From the NCBI GenBank assembly GCA_037137535.1, contig JBAXKC010000001.1, positions 32,001 to 96,000 on the forward strand: a stretch of DNA of 64,000 nucleotides, read 5' to 3'. The notes under the pieces are model-generated. The model ran no database searches. It saw only the letters and a list, made by a program, of their open reading frames with translations, and was not told the DNA's origin. Made by a program: the position numbers and the translations under genes. The stretch is from a bacterium. Lineage in GTDB: Bacteria > Cyanobacteriota > Vampirovibrionia > Gastranaerophilales > JBAXKC01. Positions 39,977-48,925 of this stretch are shown piece after piece. Positions within the stretch are counted from its first letter, which is position 1; each line of letters begins with the position of its first letter.

Positions 39977-41404
39977 ATGGAAACAATGGAAAAGGTTGTA
40001 GCTGAAACAACCGAACAAGTTGAAACAAAGAAATTACCGTCATATTCAAACCTTCAACTTTTAAATTTCTGTTTAGGATTTTTCGGACTTCAATTTGCAT
40101 GGCAAATGAGAATTATTCTTTCAGGTCCTGTTACAGAAGGTCTTGGAGCTTCACCGTTAATTTTTGGATTGATTTGGCTTGCAGGTCCTTTCACAGGTAT
40201 GATTGTTCAACCGATTATCGGAACAATCAGTGATAATTTAAATTCAAAATTCGGAAAAAGAAGACCATTTCTTTTAGTAGGAGCTTTACTTGCAAGTTTA
40301 GCTTTGTGGGCCTTTCCTAATTCTGCAAAAATTACAAACTTTTTCGCAGGTTCAATCCACCAATCACTACCTGTTTGGTCAGCATTACTTCTTGCAGCAG
40401 TTATGATTTGGGCAATTGATGCAAGCGTTAACGCAGCTCAAGGTCCTTACAGAGCAATGATTCCTGATAATATTCCTCAAGAACAACATTCACTTGCAAA
40501 TTCTTACTTAAGTTTTGCTATCGGTTTAGGTTCAGTCATATCAGCAGGGACAGCACCATTTTTAAACGCTGTATTCCATTATCAAATGAGCACAACAGCA
40601 CAATTCGTAATGGCTAGTATTGCTTTTTCAACAGCAATGTTATGGACTTGCTTTACAACAAAAGAACAAACTGCTGTTACCGTCAACAAAGAAGATAAAA
40701 CAATAGAAGAAACACAAAAAGAAAACTTAATCACTCCTTTAGTTAAATTCTTTAAAACTTCACCTGATGTTTCAAAAATCTGCGTAATGCAATTATTTAC
40801 ATGGATTGGTGTAATGAGTATGTTTATCTTCTTTACACAATTCACAATCCACAATGTTTACGCTGTTCCTGATTTAACAAACGCAACAGCTGATATTAAA
40901 GCACACTTTATAAATGCTACAAATGCAGGAACAAACCTTTCATCAATATGCTTTGCGGCATTTAACCTCGTTTGCTTCTTAGTATCACTTCCTATGGGAA
41001 TGATTTCATCAAAATTAGGCAACAAAAAAATACTTGGAGGTTCTTTATTTACAATGGCTATTGCTTTCTTAGCAATGACCTTTACAAAAGATTCAAAGCT
41101 TGTTATAGCTTGTATGTCATTAGCTGGTATCGGTTGGGCTGCAATCCTTTCCTTACCATTCGCTATGCTTACAAAATACATTAAAAAAGGAACTGAAGGT
41201 TCAATCATGGGCTTATTCAATATCTTTATCGCAGGACCGCAAGTTTTAGTTTGCACACTTCTTGCATGGTTCATTAACCAATGTCCGACTGCTACTCATA
41301 ATAACTTCCATTGGGAATACGCTTTCATCATCGGAGCAGTTTCCTTAGCAGTTGGAGCTTTATTAGCTTTATCAGTTGATGAGAATGCTAAAGTAGCAGA
41401 ATAG
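39977..41404 (+). CDS. MFS sugar transporter, sucrose/maltose (SLC45-like) family
   Basis: FFGLQFAW, WLAGP.TG.IVQP.IG..SD, GKRRPF, D.S.N..QGP.RA. Confidence 0.85.
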   Translation: METMEKVVAETTEQVETKKLPSYSNLQLLNFCLGFFGLQFAWQMRIILSGPVTEGLGASPLIFGLIWLAGPFTGMIVQPIIGTISDNLNSKFGKRRPFLLVGALLASLALWAFPNSAKITNFFAGSIHQSLPVWSALLLAAVMIWAIDASVNAAQGPYRAMIPDNIPQEQHSLANSYLSFAIGLGSVISAGTAPFLNAVFHYQMSTTAQFVMASIAFSTAMLWTCFTTKEQTAVTVNKEDKTIEETQKENLITPLVKFFKTSPDVSKICVMQLFTWIGVMSMFIFFTQFTIHNVYAVPDLTNATADIKAHFINATNAGTNLSSICFAAFNLVCFLVSLPMGMISSKLGNKKILGGSLFTMAIAFLAMTFTKDSKLVIACMSLAGIGWAAILSLPFAMLTKYIKKGTEGSIMGLFNIFIAGPQVLVCTLLAWFINQCPTATHNNFHWEYAFIIGAVSLAVGALLALSVDENAKVAE

Positions 41405-41420
41405 TTAAAATACATTTTTT

Positions 41421-41451
41421 AAAATCCCTCTTTTCGCAAGAGGGATTTTTT
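41421..41451 (+). terminator. Intrinsic terminator
   Basis: aaaatccctctt-ttcgc-aagagggattttt. Confidence 0.85.
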
Positions 41452-41559
41452 ATTGAGCGATAACTGTAACAATTAATTAACCCTTAAAGTAAACACTATT
41501 ATTTAGCTACTATTAATATGGTACAAATATAATGAATGTAAAATCTATTAGAGAAGGAC

Positions 41560-42279
41560 ATGACAAAAATGATAACACTTAATAAAATACCAGTTAAGAT
41601 AACAAACGGTTTTCAATTAGGCTTTCAAGGGAAAGAAAATTGGGAGAAACCTTCTAAATATTTTAAAAAGGCCGAAATAACATCAGTAAACGACGATTAT
41701 ATTAAACATTCATGCATAAAAAAAGAAATCGTTCTTGTTGGAGCAATGATTGATCTTTCTATAGATAATGGTATTTATAACAAAAATCAAATCAAAACCC
41801 AAAAACTTCCTGCCTTTAAAGAAGCATCAACAGGCGAACAATTTTTCAGAGCAAGATTGAACTTACAAAAAGATTTGAAAGAAAAAGGTCTGGTTCTTGA
41901 TGCAACAAAAGAAAGAACAGATGAATTACATGTTAGTGAAGAATGCTCAAGAGATTCTTTCAGTTGCTCTACAAATTACTGGAAAGGCTTATTTGCGGCA
42001 AGCAAAGGTAAAGAACCATCAACAGATATGCAACCGCACAAACTTCACGAGCATATTAAATCAATATATTCTGGAGAATTAAATAGACCTACAAATAAAG
42101 ATCAATCGCCCTTAAACAATATTCCATACTACAATGGTGATGATGATGGTTTTAATAATGATGATTTTGACATATTTAACTACGAGCCTAAACAAAAGAA
42201 ACGCATAAATGCAGAGCAACAGGAATATTCTGCAAATAACCTCAATAATGAAGAAACACTCACTGAAGATGGTGAATAA
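41560..42279 (+). CDS. Hypothetical protein with acidic C-terminus
   Basis: 239 aa ORF with RBS; no recognised domain. Confidence 0.65.
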   Translation: MTKMITLNKIPVKITNGFQLGFQGKENWEKPSKYFKKAEITSVNDDYIKHSCIKKEIVLVGAMIDLSIDNGIYNKNQIKTQKLPAFKEASTGEQFFRARLNLQKDLKEKGLVLDATKERTDELHVSEECSRDSFSCSTNYWKGLFAASKGKEPSTDMQPHKLHEHIKSIYSGELNRPTNKDQSPLNNIPYYNGDDDGFNNDDFDIFNYEPKQKKRINAEQQEYSANNLNNEETLTEDGE

Positions 42280-42328
42280 TTAGATATATTAAATTTACAT
42301 CCTAAAAACAAAAATAATCCCAAAACAA

Positions 42329-42356
42329 ATAAGAGCTGTTTAATAACAGCTCTTAT
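42329..42356. terminator. Hairpin between convergent genes
   Basis: ataagagctgtt-taat-aacagctcttat. Confidence 0.75.
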
Positions 42357-42383
42357 CTATTAATAAATCTTGATTTTTAACTC

Positions 42384-44018
42384 TTAAACAGAAGCAGTTT
42401 CTTTTGATTTAGGTTGTGCAACCTCTGATTTCAAATTAACATAGCTGGCATTATAAACACCTTCTATTTCTCTAACTTGTTTAAGAATAGTTTCACTAAT
42501 AGCTTCATCAGTATTTAAAATCATAGTTGACTTACCACCAACTGCCTTATCTTTTCTTGCTACTTGCATCATGCTGATATTGATATTGTTATCACCAAGA
42601 ACAGAAGCTACTTTAGCAATCATACGAGGCTGATCTAAGTGAGGAGCAATTAAAATATGCTCAGCAGGTTCGATATTAGTGTTATATCCGTCAATATTAA
42701 CGATTCTTGGTGTATTTTCAGCAATTAAAGCACCGATAGCCAAACTTTCTCCTTTTTCGGCAAGAACTTTTACGCTTATTGAAGCATCAAAGCTGGAAGG
42801 ATTAGCATTTTTTGTTTCTGTAACTTCAATTCCTCTATTTTTAGCAATAATCGGAGCATTTACATAATTAACAGCTTCAAGAGTATTTGAGAAAACACCT
42901 TTTAAAATAGCCACTTTAAGCGGGGATATTGTTTTATTTGCCAATGAACCTTTTACGGTTATTTCAACTTTTTTAACAGCACCTTGAGCTAATTGACCAA
43001 CCAAAGAACCGAGATTTTCAGCTAAACTCATATATTCTTTAACAGGTTCTAGCATTTCCGCTTTTAAAGAAGGAATATTAACAGCACTTCTTGCTGATTT
43101 GCCCATTAATACATCTCTAATTTGCTCAGCAACATCAAAAGCTACGTTAACTTGAGCTTCTTCTGTACTTGCGCCTAAGTGAGGAGTTAAGATAATATCG
43201 CCTTTGCAATGTAAAAGAGGATTTTCAGCAATCATAGGCTCTTGTTCAAATACATCAATAGCCGCTGAAGCAACATGTCCTGCTTCAATTGCATCTTTTA
43301 AATCTTGCTCGTTGATAATTCCGCCTCTAGCGCAATTAACCATTCTAACGCCTTTTTTCATTTTAGCGATAGTTTCTTTATTTATAAGGTTTAAGGTATC
43401 TTTTGTTTTTGGAACATGAACAGTTATAAAATCACAAACAGGCCAGAATTCTTCTAAAGTAGAAACATAGGATGCACCCATTTCTTCAACTCTTTCTCTT
43501 GTCGTGAAAGGATCAAAGACAACTACTTTCATTCCTAAACCAAGAGCAGCAGTAGCAACTCTCATTCCAATTTTACCAAGTCCAATAATACCAAGTGTTT
43601 TATTGAAAACTTCTATGCCGGTAAATTTAGCTCTTTCCCATTTACCTTCTTTTGTAGAACAAGCAGCAGCAGGTATATGTCTTGCCATAGCAAGTATAAG
43701 AGCCACTGTGTGTTCAGCAGCGGCAGTTGTATTTCCATCAGGTGAATTTACAACAATAACGCCTCTTTGTGTAGATTCTTCAACGTCAATATTATCAACA
43801 CCAACGCCTGCTCTTCCGATAATTTTCATTTTTGTTGCAGCCGCTAAAACAGCTTTGGTTACTTTTGTCTGACTTCTAACCATAAAAGCATCGTATTCAC
43901 CGATTACTTCACAAAGTTTGTCCTCAGGAAGAGTTTCCATATATGTTACATCTGCAACATCAGCAAGAATATCTCCTGCCGCTTTATTAATTTTATCGGT
44001 AATTAAAACCTTAAACAT
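42384..44018 (-). CDS. serA: D-3-phosphoglycerate dehydrogenase (with ASB and ACT domains)
   Basis: RAGVGVDNID, GLGKIG, NCARGG, TPHLGAST. Confidence 0.96.
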   Translation of the reverse strand: MFKVLITDKINKAAGDILADVADVTYMETLPEDKLCEVIGEYDAFMVRSQTKVTKAVLAAATKMKIIGRAGVGVDNIDVEESTQRGVIVVNSPDGNTTAAAEHTVALILAMARHIPAAACSTKEGKWERAKFTGIEVFNKTLGIIGLGKIGMRVATAALGLGMKVVVFDPFTTRERVEEMGASYVSTLEEFWPVCDFITVHVPKTKDTLNLINKETIAKMKKGVRMVNCARGGIINEQDLKDAIEAGHVASAAIDVFEQEPMIAENPLLHCKGDIILTPHLGASTEEAQVNVAFDVAEQIRDVLMGKSARSAVNIPSLKAEMLEPVKEYMSLAENLGSLVGQLAQGAVKKVEITVKGSLANKTISPLKVAILKGVFSNTLEAVNYVNAPIIAKNRGIEVTETKNANPSSFDASISVKVLAEKGESLAIGALIAENTPRIVNIDGYNTNIEPAEHILIAPHLDQPRMIAKVASVLGDNNINISMMQVARKDKAVGGKSTMILNTDEAISETILKQVREIEGVYNASYVNLKSEVAQPKSKETASV

Positions 44019-45186
44019 TCGCTGTCTCCTTTTTCATTGAGTTCATTGTTTCAATGAGAGCTCTAACGCCTGCACCTTTTTCAAATTTATATCCAAGTGA
44101 ATCTAATGACATTTCTAATGCGCCAACGCAACCAATAATATCACGTTCGCTAACATAACCAAGATGTCCCATTCTAAAGATATTGCCTTTTAATTTATCT
44201 TGTCCGTCAGCAACTACAATGTCAAAATTATTTTTCAATGCTTTTCTGATATCACCAACGCTTATTCCTTCAGGAGGAAGTATTGATGTTATTGCATTAC
44301 TAGCTATTGAATCATCTTCAACAAATAATTTCAAACCAATTGCTCTAATTGCAGCTCTTAAACCTTTTGCAAGTCTTTCATGACGAGCATACATGTTTTC
44401 TAAACCTTCAGACTTCATCATTTTAAGTGTTTCAGCTAATGAAATAATCAATGAAACTGCTGCTGTATAAGGAGTTGAATCATCCGCAACCGCTTTTTTA
44501 TGAGCACCAAAGTTAAAGTAAAAACTTGTATATTCACATTTTTCATAGACAGCCCAAGCTTTTTTGCTGCAAGTTAAGAAAGCAAGCCCTGGAGGAATCA
44601 TGAAGCCTTTTTGACTTCCTGAAACAAGAACATCAACGCCCCATTCATCCATAGGAAGATTAATAGCACCAACGCTTGTAATACCGTCAACGATTGAAAG
44701 AGCGCCATGCTCAGCTATTATTTTAGCGATAGTTTTAACATCATTTGTAACGCCTGTTGAGGTTTCGTTGTGAGTTAAAGTTACGAATTTAATCTCTTTA
44801 TTTACATCTTCTGCAAGTCTTTTTCTAAGAACTTCAGGATCAATAGCTGTTCCCCATTCAAAATCAATGGTTTCAACATTTGCCCCTCTGGACTTAGATA
44901 TTTTTGCCCAACGAGAACCAAAATTCCCGATAGATAGACATAATACTTTATCACCAGGATTAACAAGATTAAAAATAGCTGCTTCCATTGCACCTGTACC
45001 ACTAGCTGCAAAAATAAAAACATCCTGTTCAGTCTGGAAAGCCCATCTTAAATCAGAATATACTTCTTTTAAAAGATTAGAAAACTCTTGGCTTCTGTGA
45101 CCTATCGGATGCTTTGCTAGTGCTAAAAGTGCGCTTTCAGGAACCGGTGTTGGTCCTGGGATCATTAGAAACTGCTTATCTTTCAT
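44011..45186 (-). CDS. Class V PLP aminotransferase (serine-pyruvate/alanine-glyoxylate type), probable phosphoserine aminotransferase
   Basis: LMIPGPTPV, SGTGAMEA, HNETSTGV, GSQKG; overlaps serA. Confidence 0.88.
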   Translation of the reverse strand: MKDKQFLMIPGPTPVPESALLALAKHPIGHRSQEFSNLLKEVYSDLRWAFQTEQDVFIFAASGTGAMEAAIFNLVNPGDKVLCLSIGNFGSRWAKISKSRGANVETIDFEWGTAIDPEVLRKRLAEDVNKEIKFVTLTHNETSTGVTNDVKTIAKIIAEHGALSIVDGITSVGAINLPMDEWGVDVLVSGSQKGFMIPPGLAFLTCSKKAWAVYEKCEYTSFYFNFGAHKKAVADDSTPYTAAVSLIISLAETLKMMKSEGLENMYARHERLAKGLRAAIRAIGLKLFVEDDSIASNAITSILPPEGISVGDIRKALKNNFDIVVADGQDKLKGNIFRMGHLGYVSERDIIGCVGALEMSLDSLGYKFEKGAGVRALIETMNSMKKETANV

Positions 45187-46471
45187 TCTCTTCTTCTCCT
45201 ATGTCGTCTTTATAATATTCGAACGCAAATTGTCCTAATTTCACAGTATCACCATCTTGAATACCACTTTGAGCTAAGGCATCCATAACTCCCATTGCTT
45301 TTAATATATTCTGAAGCCTTAAAACAGCCGTATGGTTTTCCAAATCAGTAACTGACGCAAGTCTTTCAACTTTTCCGCCAACAACCGTAAATGTGCCATA
45401 ATCTTCAACGATAGTAAAACCGCTGTCATCGTGGTTAGAGGCAATATCATCTTCTTCAACCTGAATATTGAAATCAGGTAGAGGAATTTCTTCTACTTTT
45501 TTAGTTATAAAATAAACAAGCTCTTTTGTTCCATTACCCGTTGCGGCAGACATTACGAAAACATCCTGTCCGTTATCAACGAAATATTTTTTAACAGTTT
45601 CAATTTTTTCTTCATCATAAACCGCATCTATTTTGTTTAATGCGACAATCTGAGGAATATCAGACAATCTACTGCCAAATTTTGCAAGCTCATTATTAAT
45701 AATATTGTAATTATTAATCGGATCTTCTTCTGTCATATCTAAAATATGAACCAAAATCCTTGTCCGCTCAACGTGTCTTAAAAACTCGTGACCTAAGCCT
45801 AAACCTTCACTTGCTCCCTCGATTAACCCGGGAATATCAGCAACAAGATAGCCATCGCCACTTGGTTTTCTAACCACACCGAGATTTGGAATAAGAGTAG
45901 TAAAAGGATAATCGGCAATTTTAGGCTTTGCCGCACTAATTACACTTATAAATGTTGACTTACCTGCATTTGGCATTCCCAAAAGCCCAACATCTGCAAT
46001 TAACTTTAATTCTAATTCTAATTCTCTTTCAATACCCGATTCACCAGGTTCACAGAATTGAGGGGCTCTTCTAGTCGAAGAAGTAAATCTTGAATTTCCT
46101 CTTCCGCCTCTGCCACCGGTCGCAACAACCATTGATTGACCATCATTCACAAGATCACCAATAATTTTTCCTGTTGCAACATCTCTAATAATTGTTCCGC
46201 AAGGCACTTTTAAAACAAGGTCTTTTGCATTAGCACCATGCATATTTTTTTGTCCGCCTTGTTCGCCATTTTTAGCAACAAAAAGCGACTTGTATTTGTA
46301 ATCTATAAGAGTAGTCATATTGCGTTCTGCAATAATAACAATACTTCCGCCATGACCACCATCACCGCCGGCAGGTCCGCCTTTCGGGACGTGTTTCTCT
46401 TTACGCCATGCAACAATACCATTGCCACCTGAACCAGAGATAATATTAATTTTTACTTTATCCATAAACAT
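45176..46471 (-). CDS. obg: GTPase Obg/CgtA
   Basis: GGPAGGDGG, GMPNAGKST, DYPFTTL, DIPGL, NKID. Confidence 0.96.
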   Translation of the reverse strand: MFMDKVKINIISGSGGNGIVAWRKEKHVPKGGPAGGDGGHGGSIVIIAERNMTTLIDYKYKSLFVAKNGEQGGQKNMHGANAKDLVLKVPCGTIIRDVATGKIIGDLVNDGQSMVVATGGRGGRGNSRFTSSTRRAPQFCEPGESGIERELELELKLIADVGLLGMPNAGKSTFISVISAAKPKIADYPFTTLIPNLGVVRKPSGDGYLVADIPGLIEGASEGLGLGHEFLRHVERTRILVHILDMTEEDPINNYNIINNELAKFGSRLSDIPQIVALNKIDAVYDEEKIETVKKYFVDNGQDVFVMSAATGNGTKELVYFITKKVEEIPLPDFNIQVEEDDIASNHDDSGFTIVEDYGTFTVVGGKVERLASVTDLENHTAVLRLQNILKAMGVMDALAQSGIQDGDTVKLGQFAFEYYKDDIGEEENER

Positions 46472-46512
46472 AAAACTATCTTATCAGAAACCTAAATAAT
46501 TCAAAAGCTTTT

Positions 46513-46528
46513 TGTGATAAATTTCACA
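46513..46528. promoter_or_regulatory. CRP/FNR-family-like box TGTGA-N6-TCACA upstream of obg
   Basis: tgtga-taaatt-tcaca. Confidence 0.45.
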
Positions 46529-46550
46529 AAATAATTTTTTTTTTAGATTA

Positions 46551-47549
46551 TTAAGACACAAAACATGAAAATAATTCTTCAAGAGCAGGTTGTAATGAAG
46601 CATATCCCTTTATCTCAAATTTTGTTCGCTCTGTTTTTATTACCCAATTATGAAGAAGTTTAATTTTCGAACTGTCATTACAATTACTTCTAACTATTTG
46701 CCTAAAGAAATGTAAAAGCCCGTCAAAAAGCTCGTCAAGGGAATAATGCCCCTCTTTAAGTTCTGTATTTACAGTTTCCGCTAATTCTAAAGCTTCACCA
46801 TAAGAACCTACGGGCAATTTGGACACCAAATCAACAATCCTTTGAGAATAAACCCAACCAGCTTCTTTAGATGCAACATTTAAAACACAACACCTTGAAA
46901 CAATTGTTTCGATTACATCTTCTTTATCCTGTGCCAAAAAGAAAAACGTAATATTAGCACCAGGCTCTTCAATAGTTTTCAAAAGAGAATTAGCGGTATC
47001 TTCACGCAAGACATTACGGCTCAATGTTTGAGGAATCCAGGTATTTCTTATTTCATCAGCATTATCCGCCAAAGATTTAGGAGCATATAAACGTTCGCTA
47101 AAACTTTTCCATTCATTTTCAGCACGATTAGCATATTCTGTCCCCTCAACTGCACCTGTAAAAATAACTACCCTATGAAAATCAGAAGTAGTAGAAAGCA
47201 AGTTTTTCAAATACCTCGCCTGTTCTATCTTTATATTATCTGATTTTTTATCCACCCAATAGCCGTTTTCGTTATACTTAAAATCAGCTGGGGAAACAGT
47301 AATAACGGCAGGATGCCTGTTTTGAGAAATCCATCTTCCGTCCTGACAATTACATAATTCTAAATTCTTTCCACACTTACAGTTCAAAGCTCTTGCCGTT
47401 TCAAGTGCTATATAATAGCTCATCATTATATTTGAACCTGTTAATAAATAAGCATTAGCAAGTTTTGGAGGATTCACCGAAAAAAGTGATTCAAAGTATT
47501 CAGTAATAAAAGGCTGTTGCTGTTTTAAAAAATCCGAAAATAACATCAT
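46551..47549 (-). CDS. holB: Divergent DNA polymerase III delta' subunit
   Basis: AYLLTG, HP, IKIEQAR, ANSLLKTIEEP, TIVSRC; adjacent to holA. Confidence 0.75.
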   Translation of the reverse strand: MMLFSDFLKQQQPFITEYFESLFSVNPPKLANAYLLTGSNIMMSYYIALETARALNCKCGKNLELCNCQDGRWISQNRHPAVITVSPADFKYNENGYWVDKKSDNIKIEQARYLKNLLSTTSDFHRVVIFTGAVEGTEYANRAENEWKSFSERLYAPKSLADNADEIRNTWIPQTLSRNVLREDTANSLLKTIEEPGANITFFFLAQDKEDVIETIVSRCCVLNVASKEAGWVYSQRIVDLVSKLPVGSYGEALELAETVNTELKEGHYSLDELFDGLLHFFRQIVRSNCNDSSKIKLLHNWVIKTERTKFEIKGYASLQPALEELFSCFVS

Positions 47550-48541
47550 AATAAAAGTAAAACCTCCAAAGCCGTTTCAGCCTGCATTTTTCCCGATTTA
47601 ATACTTACTTCTGTTTCATAAAGATTTTTTTTCATTTTTATAAGAGCTTCGGGAGTTATTTTTAAAATATTTTTCAAATCCCGCTCTACAAAATTAGGCG
47701 GAATCCCCATTGCTTTTGATATATCAAATTTATTTTGAGTTTTAGAAGAAATTTGTTTTAATTTTATCCATTTTCTTACAGTACTTGTCAAAGTAGCAAT
47801 GACCATAAGCGGATGCGAATCCTCCAAAACCTTTGAAAGCTCTTTCATAGAGTCTGTTTTTTTACCAGTAAGCCATAAATCAGCAAGTTTAAAAATATCT
47901 TCTTTTTCATCATTAATTATTTCAATGTGTTTTGCTTCAATTTTTTTTGACGGATGAATATACAATTTCAGCTTTTCCAGTTCCATATCCAAACGTCTAA
48001 GGTCAGTTCCCATTTTATTGAAAAGAATTGTTGCCGCCTCTTTAGAAATTGAAATTTCTCTTAATTTTGCATTATCTGACATCCACGAAACAACTTTTTC
48101 CCCTTCCCAATACTGAAAAGGCTTAAATTCTTCAATTTTTCCGATAGTTTGAATATGTTTTACTATTTTAGAGGCAGAATTAATTTTTCGTTTGCTATTT
48201 CTCGGTACAATACACTTGAAAAGCACATATACATTAGGATTTATGTTTGACAACGTATCCAGAAATTTCTTAATATCAGCATCATGAAATTTAGACTTTT
48301 CTTCTGTTTCGTCGCCAGAACTGCTTCTCATAAATAATTTTGTAGAATGAACCTCAATAAGCACATTCCCAAAAGCCATGGGCAAATTCATCAAAACTTC
48401 TGTTAAATTTCTTACAGACAGCTCATTTAAAATCTTATGATTAAGCACAGCCCAATCAGGGTCAAGTATTTTCTCTTTTAAAGAATTTACCGACTTTTCC
48501 AAGTTAAAATCTTCTTCACCCCAATAAAGTAAAACAGGCAT
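47546..48541 (-). CDS. holA: DNA polymerase III delta subunit
   Basis: LYWGEE.F, G.DLRRL..ELEKL.LY, IF.L.D, IKSG. Confidence 0.88.
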   Translation of the reverse strand: MPVLLYWGEEDFNLEKSVNSLKEKILDPDWAVLNHKILNELSVRNLTEVLMNLPMAFGNVLIEVHSTKLFMRSSSGDETEEKSKFHDADIKKFLDTLSNINPNVYVLFKCIVPRNSKRKINSASKIVKHIQTIGKIEEFKPFQYWEGEKVVSWMSDNAKLREISISKEAATILFNKMGTDLRRLDMELEKLKLYIHPSKKIEAKHIEIINDEKEDIFKLADLWLTGKKTDSMKELSKVLEDSHPLMVIATLTSTVRKWIKLKQISSKTQNKFDISKAMGIPPNFVERDLKNILKITPEALIKMKKNLYETEVSIKSGKMQAETALEVLLLL

Positions 48542-48635
48542 TAGTTGAGTCCTTTTAATCTTTTATATCTTGATTTTTCATAGATTTATTATAACACACC
48601 GATATGTAGCACTCTGAAGTTATTTTTATCTTTAC

Positions 48636-48810
48636 TAAATTCTTTCATCACAAAGAAATTTCGATGCCTGAAGCCATCGACTCCCTTTTTATTTTAAAAA
48701 AAATAAAAAGGAAACAAAAACTTTGCAGCTCTGACCGCTACTGGCTTCTTTTCTTACTCTTTGAGTTGTTTTGCACAAAATGATTTTTGAGAAAAGAAGC
48801 AAACCGCTCG
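48636..48810. repeat. Dispersed structured repeat, copy 2
   Basis: Homologous to 14036-14222, same orientation. Confidence 0.85.
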
Positions 48811-48851
48811 TTTGTGCCCGTTCTTAATTCAATCTTTTACAAAATGACCAA

Positions 48852-48888
48852 TAAAAAATAAGCCCACTCTATAATGAGTGAGCTTATT
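48852..48888 (-). terminator. Intrinsic terminator after nrdJ
   Basis: aataagcccactc-tataat-gagtgagcttatt, with a T-run on the minus strand. Confidence 0.7.
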
Positions 48889-48925
48889 AATCTTATTAAT
48901 AATAGAACTAAATATATTCTTATTA

